A stretch of DNA of 64,000 nt from Lophium mytilinum (lineage: Eukaryota), in contig MU004194.1 in assembly GCA_010093605.1 (NCBI GenBank), positions 192,156 through 256,155 on the forward strand, in the 5' to 3' direction. The first letter of the stretch is position 1. Each line of letters begins with the position of its first letter. Shown here in pieces: positions 48,350 through 61,831 of the stretch. Under the pieces are notes generated by a model. The model worked only from the letters and a program-made list of their open reading frames with translations. It was not told where the DNA came from and searched no databases. Both the position numbers and the translations under genes were made by a program.

Positions 48350-51300
48350 TCACTCAGCGACCTCTTCCTCGTCTGCCACCTCTGTTGCCCCCGCTGCCTC
48401 CGCCGGCTTCTCCTCCACAGCCGCCTTCTTTGCTGCCGTTGGCGGTTTCTGCGCTTCCTCTGGGAAGAGCTCCGCGAAGAAGTTGGGCAAGAACCGGTTC
48501 AGACGCTTCCACGTCTCGTTCCACAACTCCTCATACTCAGGCTTCTGGTCCGGTGGTGCCAGGAATCCACCGCTCGACATGACTAACAGAATATTCTTCA
48601 AGCTTTCCGAAACAGCCTCCTCCTATAGACTGTTAGCAATTATTTTTCCGCATCGCGAATCTCTAATGCTTACCAAGCTGTCGCCCTGTCCACTGTTCAT
48701 GAGCCTGTCCATAATGGTGATGATCTTGATCCACAGGTCAAGCATGCCATCCCAGTCCGACAGCATGACGAGATAGTGCAGGAACACTTTGCAGAGCAGC
48801 GTCGAAGCCCGGACTCGAGTTTCACTCATGCCTACCGGATCAGATTGGTAGATTTCCGGCTTCAGTAGCTGCGTGATGAGTGGGAAGAGGACTTCCCCAA
48901 AGATGTCTGTCCATTCCTTGTGATCCGGGGAGGCTAGCTCGTTGGACAGCAACGTTCGCTGCAGAGAAGCAAAAGCTTGTTGTCGAATCTCTCGACAAGG
49001 GTTGAGGCATTGCTTTGTGAGCGCCACCAATATGGGCGACCAATACGCAGTCCACGCTACATCTTATTAGCAAAACTATATGCCTGCGTGTATGGGAGGA
49101 TTATTCTACCTTCATTAGGCTCGAGATGAGACAGTGCGATGAAATTAGGGACTCGGCTCGACATTTGGTAGATAATGCTCATTGATTGAGTGCCACGAAT
49201 CACTGCTTCATTTGTTCTGAGGCTGATTAGCAAAGAACATCTCGAACTCAAGCAGATACATACTCAGGCTTCTTCGGCTTAACTGGCTTGCCCCTTCTCG
49301 CGTTTTGGTCTCGCCGTTGTTCTTGCTGAGCGCCTACTTGGCCGTCGGTTGCAAACTCATTAAGCAAAGTAATAACAGCTTCGTAGTTATCCGCCGTGAT
49401 ACCTGGATGAGTAGAGCTGGCCAGCTCTTCAACGATTTGGAACACGTCTCCTGCTGCCTCCGGGACCGAGTGCAATGTGTTGAGAATGGACCAGAAGTCT
49501 GGCGAGTTCGCCATCTCGCTACGTAGACCTATTGGACCCTTGATGCAGTCCGCAAGACCCATGAGTAGCGGCTGAGCAGACTTCTTCAGAAGCTGCGGGT
49601 CAAAGCTTGAAAAGGTATGAAGCAGCACAGGAGCCCGAATGAAATCAAAGTCCTGGCACTGATTAGCACGAACAATAGATCTTACAAACTTTGGATGAGA
49701 ACATACGTTGCTCGCTTTTAGCAGACTTAAAAGATAGTAAACAGATCTTGCCGTCACTACGGAATGAAGTTTCGCTGATTCTCTTATAACCGTCTCCAGA
49801 GCATCTATAACATCTTTCGCCAACTCCCGAACAGTCTCTTCATCTCGTAACGCTAGCACGGTGGCCAACTCGAGCACGAAGACAATACTGGGATCGTAGA
49901 TTGGCTTGTTGAGCTTGTTCTTGTTCTCATTTTGTCTCGGGTTCGTGTTTGGCGGAATATCCGACTTGACAACGATAACTCGAGGTGAGCCATCCTCGGG
50001 GATCTGCTCCAGCAGGGAGATAAGCAGAGACTTGAGTGATTCGATCGGGAGCTGGCCGATATTGGATAATATCTCTTCGAAATGACATGCTTTGACCGTA
50101 TCCACGGTACAGAGCGTAGCCTCTATTTCCTGGTCGGACGGCTCTGGAGGCTCATCGTTTGCGAAGCTGGAGACGTACGATGACAACGCTGAGAAGATGC
50201 TAGTATCGGCTGGACGCTCGGCGCGGTCGATAATCTGCGCAGGACTTTGCAGAGGAATAGGCGGTAATGCAAGTGTCTTTTGAAAAGATAGGAAGTATGG
50301 GGGTATCAATGAATTGACGAAGAGATTCAATATTATGTGGATTAGCTTTCTCTGTTAGCTCAAATATCGCGACTTTCAGTAGGGCTTCACTTACTCGATC
50401 CCAGCCATCTCTGATCGATGTTTCGTTTCCTTTGATGACTTGGAAGAGAACGACGGTGGCGTCCTGTGCTCTCTGGTCACGGCCAAACTTGACGGCTGTC
50501 TCACTGACCATGACACTCTTCTTGTCAACCTGAACCTCAGTGTTCAAGGATGTGTCGGGAGGCACTTCAGGGGCCAGTGTGCTGATGAAAGACAAGCAAG
50601 AAATAATGCGATCCAGGGCGTCGCTCAGGCCATATTTCGCAGCGATTCGAGCGCATTGGTCAAATCCAGTAACGACGCGAGAGAACACAGCGTCATCTGT
50701 TGCCGACATGAAGACGTAAGAGAGGGTCGCCACAATAGGTCTCCACGTTGCGGCAAACATATCCGCATCAAAGACGTTGGTTTCGCAAATAACAAGATCT
50801 GAAGCGGACTGAATCTTGTGCAACAGTTCTTTCCAGGCGTGCTCGTAGGCATGCCGATTGTCGTGCTCTTCAGGAAGGATTATTTCGCGGGTCTTTATCG
50901 AGTCGTAGATGTCCTGGAGGTATTCCGGATCGAAGTCTTTCCCGCCATTAACTCCCCTGAGATTCTTTGAGAAGTCTTGAATGGACATCCGGGCCTGCTT
51001 CATGTTGGGGTTATGCTGGTCGGTATTCAGCATGATTATTGCGTACGTAAGCACGAAGATTGCATCTTTGTCCGCAATTCCTTCTGGCATCGTTTTGGCA
51101 CAGTACTGCTCAGAAAACTCCGTAACGATTCTAGCAATAAGTGCTGACTCGCCAGGAAGACGGAACGAGTTCAAGAGCTGCCTCAAGGCTTCATCTGCTC
51201 TTTGGCCGGTAAAATCAAAGAGATCGATGAAAGCACTGAGTATTCCTTCGTTTGACTTCTTCGAAATGTATTCTCCCAACACCCTTTTATCCACTCGCGC

Positions 51301-53366
51301 AGTGCCTTTTACAAACTCGGCTATGCAGCGGGGATCGTTTGGGCCTTTGATGATGCCCTGAGACGTGAGGAACGCAATTCCGCCTTTTGGATTCTCGTTG
51401 AATTTAGTTGCTCCACGGATGATGATTTTCTTGCGTGCTCTTTGTTCCCGCAGATGGGCGGGATCAGGATACCCTTCGAATTCGGGCTTGTCTTCCAATC
51501 GGTCCGCGATGGACTGGACGTACCCAAGGAGAGCGTCCAAGCATAATGGAGGAACGTTTACAGTGCTCCAAGTTGCAGAATCGGGAAAAGCGTTTCTGGA
51601 CAAAAGTCCGACAACGTCCATACATAGGTCGCTACGATCTGTCTCGCAATCGTAATTGACAAACAGCTCGACCATGAAAGAAGAGATGCGGACCAAGGCT
51701 CCCAAATTCTCCACCATTGCCTCTCGTGCGTCTGGGTTCCTGGAGCCTCCTTCCAGACCTAATCGCTGTCGGTCTTTCACTGGGACCGGTGTTGATCGGC
51801 CGCTGGTAGCTTGAGAAGGAGGAGGTTTTACTAGACTCGGAGCTTGAGGGACGCCTTCGTATAACGATGGCTCAATGTTGCTTTCCAAAGGTATCTCTAC
51901 ACGCGGAAATAGACAAGTGATTAGGTAGGAAAGATAGAGCTCCTGCTGTAGTTTCAGGACGCCTCTGCAGGTTGCTACCAAGGTTCCGGCGACACGAAGG
52001 GATTCGCTTAGAATAGGCAAACTGTCCGACCGTACCAGCTGGAAAAGATGTCGGCACAAGGTGTCTTTTGCTAGGTTGGCCAAACTGGGGTGGGTGGCAA
52101 TCGAGGGCCCAGCCACCTCAAGGGCTACGTCCACTATCCGCAGGGCCATTACTCTCATGGGGTCGGAGTGCAGTTTATCATGTGGATCCAGTAGATTTAC
52201 GAGTACGCGGAATAGCTCCCTTATTGAGGGCAGCGAATACGGCTTGATCCCCGCTGGCTCATCCTCCTCTACTGCAGCAATCGTTGTCAAATCCAGCGTA
52301 CTACCATTTACGTTGACCATCGAATCGTCACCGTCTTGGAGAATTTTTTCCAGGCTATTTGACTGCCGACCTTCCTCTGAACTCGGCGCGGGGACTGCGA
52401 GACTAGTCCCGTTCACAGAAGGCTCCATTCTGACTGCGTCCATGTCGTCCTTTGTATCTTCTTCCAGCGCTCCAGGTTCCTCTCCGGCCTCGACTTCCAG
52501 GTGTTTTAGCCTTTCGAAGATCACCTGGCACATCGAGATCATCGATATTTCTGCAGACCTCCGGAGAAGCTCTGAGAGCCTGGCCTGGCAACACATGCTC
52601 AATCCACATTCCATCATGCCGCAGATACTTTCGTCGCCAAGTATGTCGCCCCCAGGTCCAGATATCATGCTCTCCATGAGTTTCAATATTTGGAGGAGAA
52701 CTATCTCGTCCGCGGCAGAATCACTGGCTTCGAATCGACAATGTGTAATTGCAGAAGCAAGCAACTGCATAGCTTCTGAGAGTCGTGGCGACTCTCGACT
52801 TATAATGTTGTACGAGAGGAATTTGGTAATCGCAATAAGCGCAAGCGATGTGATAGGTGCTGAAGTCGAAGAGGAGCGGATAATCTGGAGGAAGGGGTGG
52901 AAGAGGGACGGGGTATCAAATGTTCGAATATCTACGCAATCTTAGCATAAAACAACAAATCGTCTCTAGGAAAGACGCGCATACCTTTACAGCCTTTAAG
53001 GTCATGCCTTAAACGCGCAAAAGCAGACATCAAAGGGTTGTCCTGCATGCTCTTGCCCTTCTTCCCCCTCAGACCCCATCGACTGGTGGCGGCATCCTCT
53101 TGGTCGGATGGGCTGTTGATGCCCTGCCCAGACCTCTCCCGTCTATGAAGGGCTGGCGCCTTAGTTGAGCCCCCTCCAAGTATAGCAGATACGGAGGAAT
53201 GCTTCCAGCGTTGCTGCTTGCGCATCGTGGAGGTGACGGTGATGCATTCTGTGACGACAAGAGCAACTGGATCTACAGCAACGGAAATCGGAGGCGGTAT
53301 TTGGAAAGACATGATCGAATGCTCTAAGGCGGATATAGAGCCGTCCTGTCCACTGGTGTTGGCCAT
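48350..53366 (-). CDS. GEA2: Sec7-domain ARF guanine-nucleotide exchange factor of the GBF1/Gea class; about 7 exons
   Basis: AITHCRFEASD, FVNYDCE, Sec7 motifs FRLPGES and FVLTYAIIMLNTDQHNP, CLNPCREIRQQA, LKNILLVM. Confidence 0.95.
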
Positions 53367-54055
53367 GCTGGAAGCTTCACTTCTCGGCGGAGGTGGATGT
53401 AAGAAAGGATCCAGGGCGGCGGTGACTAAGGATTCGTGGAGACTTTAGCATTTAAGGACTCTGGCGACCATGACTGTGCAAGCTCAACATATTCGTGGCA
53501 GATTGACAGGAAAGGGACTGCTGATTGGGTCGAAGGCGCGCGCTTGAGAGGTGCCTAGAAGTAACGGGGTTGTGCTCAAGTGATATGCCAAGACTAATCC
53601 GCGCGAAGTGTTGAGGCCACCTAAATGCTATTGATTGTGAGGATGCCTAGGAAAGACGCTGATTTACGTGCAGATTCACAGTGTCACGTACGCATCGCAT
53701 AAGTGGTTTCCGGGTCATGTAATAGTTTTACTATTGTTACAACGCGCATCTCGTCCTTATAAAAAACGCCGTAGATGCAGGGGAAGTCTATATACAGGGT
53801 CCAATCACCAATTGCCGAGCCTCAACTCCCTCAAAATCGCAGAAAGGAATGGAAACAATGTTGAGACGCATCGCAGACGTCTGTTATACTGGCTCGTACG
53901 CGGAGGGGACTAGCCCGTGTGCTCATCAGAATCCAATGAACCACGTGAAGCTCTTGGGAGCTCTACCAAGTGAATGAAGAAATATGAGCGATTAACGCTA
54001 AAGGCGCTTGCAATAAGCTCAGCAGCTGAATGTAAGTATGGCCGTACAATCGTAA

Positions 54056-55978
54056 TCACGACTCCGGCGCCGCAGGTTTCTTCCCTACTACCGGGATCTC
54101 ATCAAGAGGGTCGATGATTTTCGCCTTGCCCTCTTTGGTCTTATCTGTCTTTCTATGTCCAATGTTAGTCTTGACGTAAAGGAGTACTAGAACATGCACG
54201 TACGCTTCATCCGTAGACTCCTTTTCCGATAGCTTCTCTTGGGGCTTCTCTGTATGATCATCGGCTTTCTTTTCGGCCTTCTTCTCTGGTTCCTCTTCCA
54301 CCTTCTTGGCTGGCTTCTTCTCCGCTTGCTCTTCTGGCTTTTTTTCCGAAGGCTGTTCCGGCTGCTTCTCTACCTTCTTCTCCGAATCCTCACTGCTGAC
54401 CTCCTTGACATCCTTGTTTGCCATATCCTGGATATTGGTCTTATCTTTATCCCACTGGCCGCTCGGATTCTCAAACTGATCATGTATCTTTTCAAGTCGC
54501 TCTTTTTTGGCCTTCTCTTCAGCCTCTTTAGCTTTACGTTCATTCTCCATCTCTTCCATATGTCGCCTGTCGTCGACACTGGGTTCGTACAGATGCCATA
54601 TAGTGTAATGCGGCAAACCGACAACGGAGAACTTCATGCGTTTGGCCATCTGAAAACCAAATTAGCTGGGGTTGATCAGCTTTGCTGAAAGTTGATGTTA
54701 CCTTTCCGAAACCTTCTGTTTCAGCATGCTTCTCGAAGCTGAAAGCTGGGAAATGGACGCCGGAGCGGAAGACCTTCGCCTTTGCCAAGATACTGACTCC
54801 ACCGACTCCGTCAATTTCCATCTCCATGTCTGGGTCGCCGTATGGGTCTCGCAGGTAAGCCAGGTGCGGCCGCCACGTGGCATATTCCGCGTATCCCTCA
54901 ACAATGACTGCATCCTCGTCCAGTGTTTCCGCAAGAGCGAGAGCAGTTTCCGATTCTTGCCACGAATTCAGGTCGTACGGTTGTTCGCCTCCAAGCCAAT
55001 CAGGTAGTGGTCTCCATACATCTGCGAGGTTCATAAGCCCGTGTCGTAGCTAGATATACCAATTAGACTTACTTGGAACAATGACATCCTTGTTGTGCCT
55101 CATCAAGTCTTCCAGAATAGTGAAGGGAGCAGTCTCCACATCCACATCTCTCCAGTACACCCAGCTGTGTGTCGGACGCAAGGCTGCGCTCAAGAGCCAA
55201 TTGCGAGCCTGTGCCATGGACTTCCGTCGCCCTGCTTGTGCCGCAAAACCGTGCCGACTTTCCACGTCCTGGTTCACCTTCTGGCCAAAGTCCTTGTTCA
55301 AAATAGAGATCTCCCCAAATTGCTGCTTGGAGTCTTCATTCTTTTGCAAATCCACTAGGAGATCATTCAGGAGTTCCAGTGTGGTGTCCTTGGAATCGCC
55401 CACGAGGAATGCGAGATCAATCAAATTGTGAGGGTACGTCAGGTTTCTGAGATGGCCAAAAAACATGGGAAGATGTGGTGCCGCGTCTCGCAAAGGAGCG
55501 CAAAGCAGTATCCGCTCCTCCCTCTCCCAGCCTCTTGCTGTCCCCTGCACGTTGTTGAGATCATAGTATCGGACCGTTTCGAGCTGGAAGTCCTCGGAGC
55601 CGGCGAGTAGACCGAATGACAGGACCGGTATTGCACCCGTGATGAGCGAAGGGAAAAAAAAGTAGAGGACGAGCAATACAGCGGCGGCCGCAGCTAATGT
55701 TTTGATAATATTGCTCCGGCGCCTTCGCGTAGAGGCATGGGACCGGGGCTGAAATCTATCACTAAAGATATCAGCTTCAGCTTCATATGTGCTGAAAGGC
55801 AGCATATTTGGTGGTGAATTCGCAGCGACGCGCTCATGGATGGAGGCTGGGGAAACAGGGCGTACTTGTGGGGTTGGATCTCAAAGGTACCGCTGCTACC
55901 CATCGGAAATGCGGTATGCCCATTCGGGTAGGCATGTCTATGCATCTTTCCTCTGGGTGATGCATGTAATGGCAGCAT
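54056..55978 (-). CDS. ANP1: Golgi mannan polymerase subunit (Anp1 family, GT62); about 5 exons
   Basis: Type II transmembrane segment; ILLCAPLRDA, NLTYPHNLIDLAFL, ARNWLL, WVYWRDVD (DxD), PYDLNSW, AETEGFGKMA; K/E-rich tail. Confidence 0.9.
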
Positions 55979-58438
55979 TCAGCAAAGAGGGAGGAGATGT
56001 CGCCAGACCGGGCCCCGTCTCCTGCACCCGCCAACTCGTAGCAATGAAGCGGGCGTCGCGCGGGCGTCCTCAGCAGTCGAGACGGCGGCAGGCGGCGGTC
56101 TCAATGGTATCGTAGCCGGGGTGCGGCGTGGAGGAGAAGAAAAATGCGCTCTTGGATTTCGTTTGGGGGGTCAGGGTTTCCGAGGGCGCCCAGCTTCGAA
56201 GTTATCCGCCTGTGACAATTTCGCTAGCAGCCACAATGGGCAACGGGGCAGGCAGGCGATGGGTGCTGATAGCCACACGGCGATGCGGCTAGGGAGACTT
56301 CAGGAATAGGGGCGGTTGAGCTTTACGTGCAGGAGAGTCAGTCCAGCGGCGGCGGAAATGCTGCCAAGTGTCCGCTATAAGCTGAAACAGACGCCGGCGA
56401 TCTTCCTCAGCATCCGGGCCTCTCACGGCACAGGCATAGACGACCTGGCTGGCACGCAGACTCGGTCGCTGGGCCTCACCTTGCAACACAAAGCCATTTT
56501 TAGAAGGCCTCTCCCGGTTGCACCACCACAGCAGCCGGATACGGGCGCTGTCAGCAAGGGCGGCGACCGCGAGAGGCGACAGACAGCTATCGCCATGTGC
56601 GCAGGGGTCCAGCATTCGCGGTATGCCTCCATGTGCTTAGCGTGGTGGGAGCAATTCACGGCCGCATCTTCACATCGTGTTGTACGGCGATGGTGTCATT
56701 ATTGCCGCTTCTGCTATACAGTTACAGCTACTTGCAGCACGCCCATCAAATCAAGACGCCTTCTATTGACAGGCCTGAGGCTCTTTTCGAAGGACAAGCG
56801 CAACATCCTGCCCTTGCTCGCTCACCCGCCCGCCTCCCGCCCTCTGGTGGAACCTGCATATGGTGGAAAGGGATCTTCGTCACAGTTCCATCCGTCTTTT
56901 GCGGTGGGAGTGGCTTTGTCTGGCAGCGATACGACGAATTGAACGCGCATGGGTGCGGAAGGGGGACAAAGAGACGTAGCACAGCAAGCATCACATAGGC
57001 CTGGTCGGCCAGAAGAGGTCACCATGGTCCAGTTCCAGACAACTTGAATTGACATTGCATAACATTTCCAAATTGATCCACCTCTTGCTCGCCCGTGGGT
57101 CCTTGTGTAACACTAGACAAGCACGTCCGTTCGCGTGTCTCCGATGATATGGCTGGATTGACTACAAACAACGTATCCGTTTCGCCAGGAAAGTGCGCAG
57201 AACCACTCTATGATCAGATCAGTACGGTCCGTGAAATTTCCATCGTGACAGTGAAGCCGTAAGTAATGCTCAGAAAAGCCGGGTTTAGTCATGCCCGCCG
57301 CCGGCTGAAGGTCCGCACAGCCCCAAGACGGAACCATACAGCCCCTAGCTCGAAGACCGCAATGACATTCAGAAGAACAGCAATCGAAGAGAGCTGTCTT
57401 CCGTACAACTCCACAACTCGTCCTTCCAGCTGAAGCCAGTAGAGTGCGGGAGGGCGGCCTGGCGGGGAGGGCGTCATTGAATGGATAGACTAAGATTTCA
57501 TCATGGCGTAGAGATTGAAGAAAATAGTAATGCTTACCCATACTGTGTCTATGCGATCCAACTGCGATGAGCATCGTAGCCTACTAAAGTTCCACATGTT
57601 AGCATCTGCGCTGACTGACCGCGTGGAACAAGAAGTTGAGTATTGTATCTCCGTAATCAGACAAATTGGTAAGTTGGTATGTGTTTCCTCAAGGTTGTTC
57701 AGTAGCAGAACTGAAATAATACACTCATCATATAGGAGTAGGTCAAACGACGAAAACGAGGAAAGTCTGGCGCGTACCTTGTGTGAGAGAGATCTTGGTC
57801 AGACGAGGTCTATCAATTAGCATCAGGTGGTAGTCAGCGCGTCTACAGCTTGGTCGCCGATGGCAAGGCCGCTCATTATTCAGCATGGCTCGTTGCTCTA
57901 GGTGTGCCTTCCGCGCCACAGCATCATAAGCGGGTGAGCTGGTGAGCGAGTGTGTGCAATGTCGTCGCGAAGAGCGAATCATCTCGAAACGCCGCAGAGA
58001 TTCTCCTAGAGCGGCAACGCGTTAGCTGAGATCTGCAGGAGACATCATACTAAGAGTGGCTTGTAGAGGTATGTTCAGATGGTAGTGCATGTTGTTCAAT
58101 GGCTCAGGAGTCGCCGGAACTGGTTGGATAGGATTTCTTCATGAAAACTCAGATGCGAGGGGGGAGACAGCAGCACACTTACAAATATACAGCGACGCCC
58201 CAGATCCCTCATGGGATCTAGGACTGGAGGGTGCGGCAACCATGGAAGGGTTGTGCGCACCGGGAAGGTTGAGCTGGAGATGGATGGTGGAGGGTGGAAG
58301 AGAAGCTCGATGTCCCGGGAGAAAAGAGGTGTGGAAGATGACTTAGCGCGCCAAGATTTTCCGGAGCTCGGGCCTCAACTCCTCCATTTTCAATTCGCGA
58401 TCAATTTCATGATATCACTTGCTACACATACAGCAGCA

Positions 58439-59508
58439 ATGACAGACCGGAGAAGGACAAACGCCCCCAGCGGTGGAACCAGCGCGCCTGTCTTTGTGTA
58501 CCCAGTAAAAGGCGCAGACTCACTCGCATCCCAGCGTCCAACGCGCACTCGCGCGCCAGACGAGCTGCGCAAGATCTGTGAATACACCATGTTCTTCAGT
58601 TCCAGCCCGCTGATACTTTGCTAATCTGTGCTCCAGTCCTTAAGACCGGCCTCGTTCCCTCAGCCTCCGGTTCCGCCTACCTCGAACTCTCTCCTCCCTC
58701 CGCACCGCCCTCAAAAACCCTCAGACCATCCCGCACATCTCTCAAGCTCACCTGCGCCGTCCATGGCCCAAAACCCCTCCCGCGATCTGCGCCCTTCAGC
58801 CCGCACCTCATTCTCTCAACGACGGTCAAGTTTGCGCCCTTCGCGACGCGAGCTCGGCGGGGCTACATCCGCGATTCCACAGAGCGAGACCTGGGCGTGC
58901 ATCTAGAGACGGCGCTCCGTGGCGTAGTGTTAGGGGAGCGGTGGCCGAAGAGCGGAGTAGAGGTCATCGTGACCGTGATCGAGGGCGAGGAAGATGGGTG
59001 GTGGGGCGACAGCATTGTGGGTGGGAGTAGCGGGGCGGGAGGGGGTGGTTGGGGCTTGATGAGTGTGCTTGCGGGCGCGATCACGGTCGCCAGCGCGGCG
59101 ATTGCGGACGCAGGGATTGATTGTGTAGACCTGGTCTCTGGGGGCGTAGCTGCGGTCGTGCGGGATGTCGATCCCAAGGGAAAGGGGAACACGGAGGAGG
59201 GGTTGCAAGAGGGGGAGTCGCTGGTGCTGGATCCTTGTCCGGCGGAGCACAAGGAAATGGTGGCAGCATGCGTGGTTGGCTACCTGGCTGGTCGAGACGA
59301 GATTACTGAGGTCTGGATGAAAGGGGAGGCGGGAGGCGCTTCAGATGTCTTGCTAGACAAGGCTGTGTACGCAGCTGTCGCTTCTGTCAGTGTCGTGAAG
59401 GAGGCGGTGAGAGAATCAGTAGAGCAAAAGTACAAGGACGTGTTGGGTGGTGGGAAGGGAGTCTTTCGGGGTCCTCAAGTCCCAAAGGAAGTGGAGATGA
59501 CAGGTTGA
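58439..59508 (+). CDS. MTR3: Exosome core RNase PH-like subunit Mtr3; 2 exons (58439-58578, 58638-59508)
   Basis: MTDRRRTNAP start, LKTGLVPSASGSAYLE, CAVHGPKP, VKFAPFA, RWPKSGVEV, ITVASAAIADAGIDCVD. Confidence 0.92.
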
Positions 59509-60271
59509 GGGATTTTAGAACGCGATTCTGGGAGCAGTGACTTATTACATGTGCATAGCGTTGGCGTTAAGGATATGGGAAATAGAAACATTGCAGCGCT
59601 TCCTGCCCCCTCAATGAGCAGATTCTAACCTTAATCATCGCGCGGCTTTGCCTCGAGTACTAAAAGAAGAATATAATTTTGCAACAGCTTTCAGGCGACA
59701 TTACGAAGATGATATCGCACAACGTTGTGTATCAAGAGCAGGCCAACATAAGTTGAACCCTGGATGATGGTAAAGGAACTAGATTCTCATATAAGTGTAC
59801 AATATTGCTGATTTCACACAACATTATATTCGGGACCAAGTGAAACTAATCCACTTTAAATTCGTCGTTGCACACATCACGTCAATGAACCTGAGCTTAA
59901 ATCTGAACCGTGCTCAATTCAGTAGTATCAAGGACTATATCCCCGATGTGCATAGGCCTAATTGGCCACATGCCTTCATCCCCCCAAAAAGAGCACCGTT
60001 TTCGCCAACAACATCCAGCTCCCCAATGCAATGTACCCAAAAGTCACAACTTCTGGGCTATGCCACCAGATACGCCGATACCCTGCTTCAGACAACGTCC
60101 CCGAACATGTTCCGGGCAACACCGTGTGGGATGCTGTAGCCAGGGACAAGATCGTAAGCCGAGAAGCCAGCGTACTCATTTCTCGACTGTCTCCAGCCAG
60201 CTGCTTATCCCTTTATCAACACAAAATCCTAAAATTAAGTACGGAACCCAAGAAAAGCAAGGAAGATGAGC

Positions 60272-61444
60272 CTACTTACATAGATCGTTCTGTGGAACGG
60301 GATTCTGGTAGTATCCTAGCGACGTGGGAGTGTACTCCAGGTCCTCTCCGGTATCGTGCTCGGAGACGGGGTTCTCGCGTAGCTCCTGCGTGATAACGGC
60401 GTCCTGAACCTGCCCATCATCCTGGTGATCCTCTACGTCATCCTGGCAGTCCTGTTCATTGTCATGGTGGCCCTCTTCACCGTCCTGGAGGGCTTGTCCA
60501 TCGCCGTATTGGCCTTGGCCCTCATCCTCTTCGACAACCTCCTGCTTGACTTTGGTTGTCTTGCGTGCCTTCGCAGTCTTGACTAGGCCGCCATCAGCCT
60601 TCGACTTCGCGGGTGATTTGGCCTTAGTCGCAGGCGCCTTGCGCTTTCTCTTCGGGGTCGGCTGGGCAGTCTCGTTGTCATCCGCTTGTCCTTGTTCGGC
60701 GTTTCCCTGTCCCGGAGAGGGCACAGCATCGGCATCATTGGTCGGAGATGCGCTGTCGGCCCTCTTGCGCTTTGAGATATTGGCAGCCTTGCCTGATGCC
60801 TCTCCTTGCGGAGCTGCGGACTCGTTGGGGTTCTCTGATCCCTTGACGAAGGAGGCTCCAGCAGCTTGGGCCTGCTTGAGGCGGGAGAAGCGCTTTGAGG
60901 CGGCTCCAGGAGTGGTGTTACAAGCATTCGCGATCACCTTCCAATCGAACGACTGAGTAGAATGGTGTCAGTCATCTCTCTTGGCCAAACAGGAAGTCCG
61001 TTGAGCGACCCCAAACACTGTCACCTGAGTGTACACAATCGAACAGGAACGTCGCTGAAGAACCTCCGACGGTATCCCCCAGAAGTACACACCACATGTC
61101 GACGAAGAAATCTATGAACATACCTTTCCAGCCTCACCGTTGGTATGCTTCACGAGCAGCCAGAGGAACTCGTGGGCGCTAGGGCCCGGGTTGGCGCCAT
61201 CTTTGATCGCCTTCTGGAGACGCGACCAGCGTTTGGTGACTGCGCCTTTCTTGAGGGCGAGTGCGGCGCCTACAGCGTCCCAGTCAATCTACGCGCTCAT
61301 AGTCAGTATTGTTTCCGAAGTCTGGTCGTGTTTACGAAACGGCCAAAGCAGTCAATTCTTTCAGCCACTCACCAACGCGCTGGGCGATCCGTTGATCGTT
61401 AGGATCAGGTAGAGAAACCTGATGTTCTCATCTTCGGAAGGCAT
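60272..61444 (-). CDS. Fungal protein with two tandem Myb-like helical repeats and a basic/acidic disordered tail; 3' end uncertain
   Basis: MPSEDENIRFLYLIL / IDWDAVG...GAVTKRWSRL and EFLWLLV / FDWKVIA...GAASKRFSRL; PKRKRK putative NLS; GT-AG introns. Confidence 0.8.
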
Positions 61445-61831
61445 ACTGATGAGCTACGGTCCGTAGATTTGGTCGTGAGAGAGAGTAAGAGACAGCCCCG
61501 AGGAGCGACAGACGAATGGATGACAAGTCGTCTGAGGTTGAAGAAGGGTTGCAGAAGCTAAAAGGTAACAAGAGGTACTTTAAGTAGTGGAGATAAGTGA
61601 GACGGCGAACGAATGACGTAAAGTGACTGGTCGGGTGGAAATTCTAGTGAATATCAAGGTGAAGTTTCTTAGCGAGCTGCTCTTGTGACAACTCACTTTT
61701 TGGCAGCATGGAGGCACCCACAATCATCAATCTGAAACTGCGATGCATGAAGAACACAATAGTCCTCTCAGTCGATACTGCAGAGTATGGCAGCAAACCA
61801 AAACAGCTTGCATAGTCACTATGGAGGGTGT

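Noticed and set aside
52061..52945. 294-codon plus-strand ORF
   Set aside because: Antisense shadow of the GEA2 coding exon.
54210..54400. EKKP/E-rich repeats
   Set aside because: Low-complexity tail of ANP1, not an independent repeat array or CRISPR.
56121..58350. ORFs of 130-208 codons between ANP1 and MTR3
   Set aside because: No consistent frame, splice model or motif; a decayed gene cannot be excluded but is unsupported.
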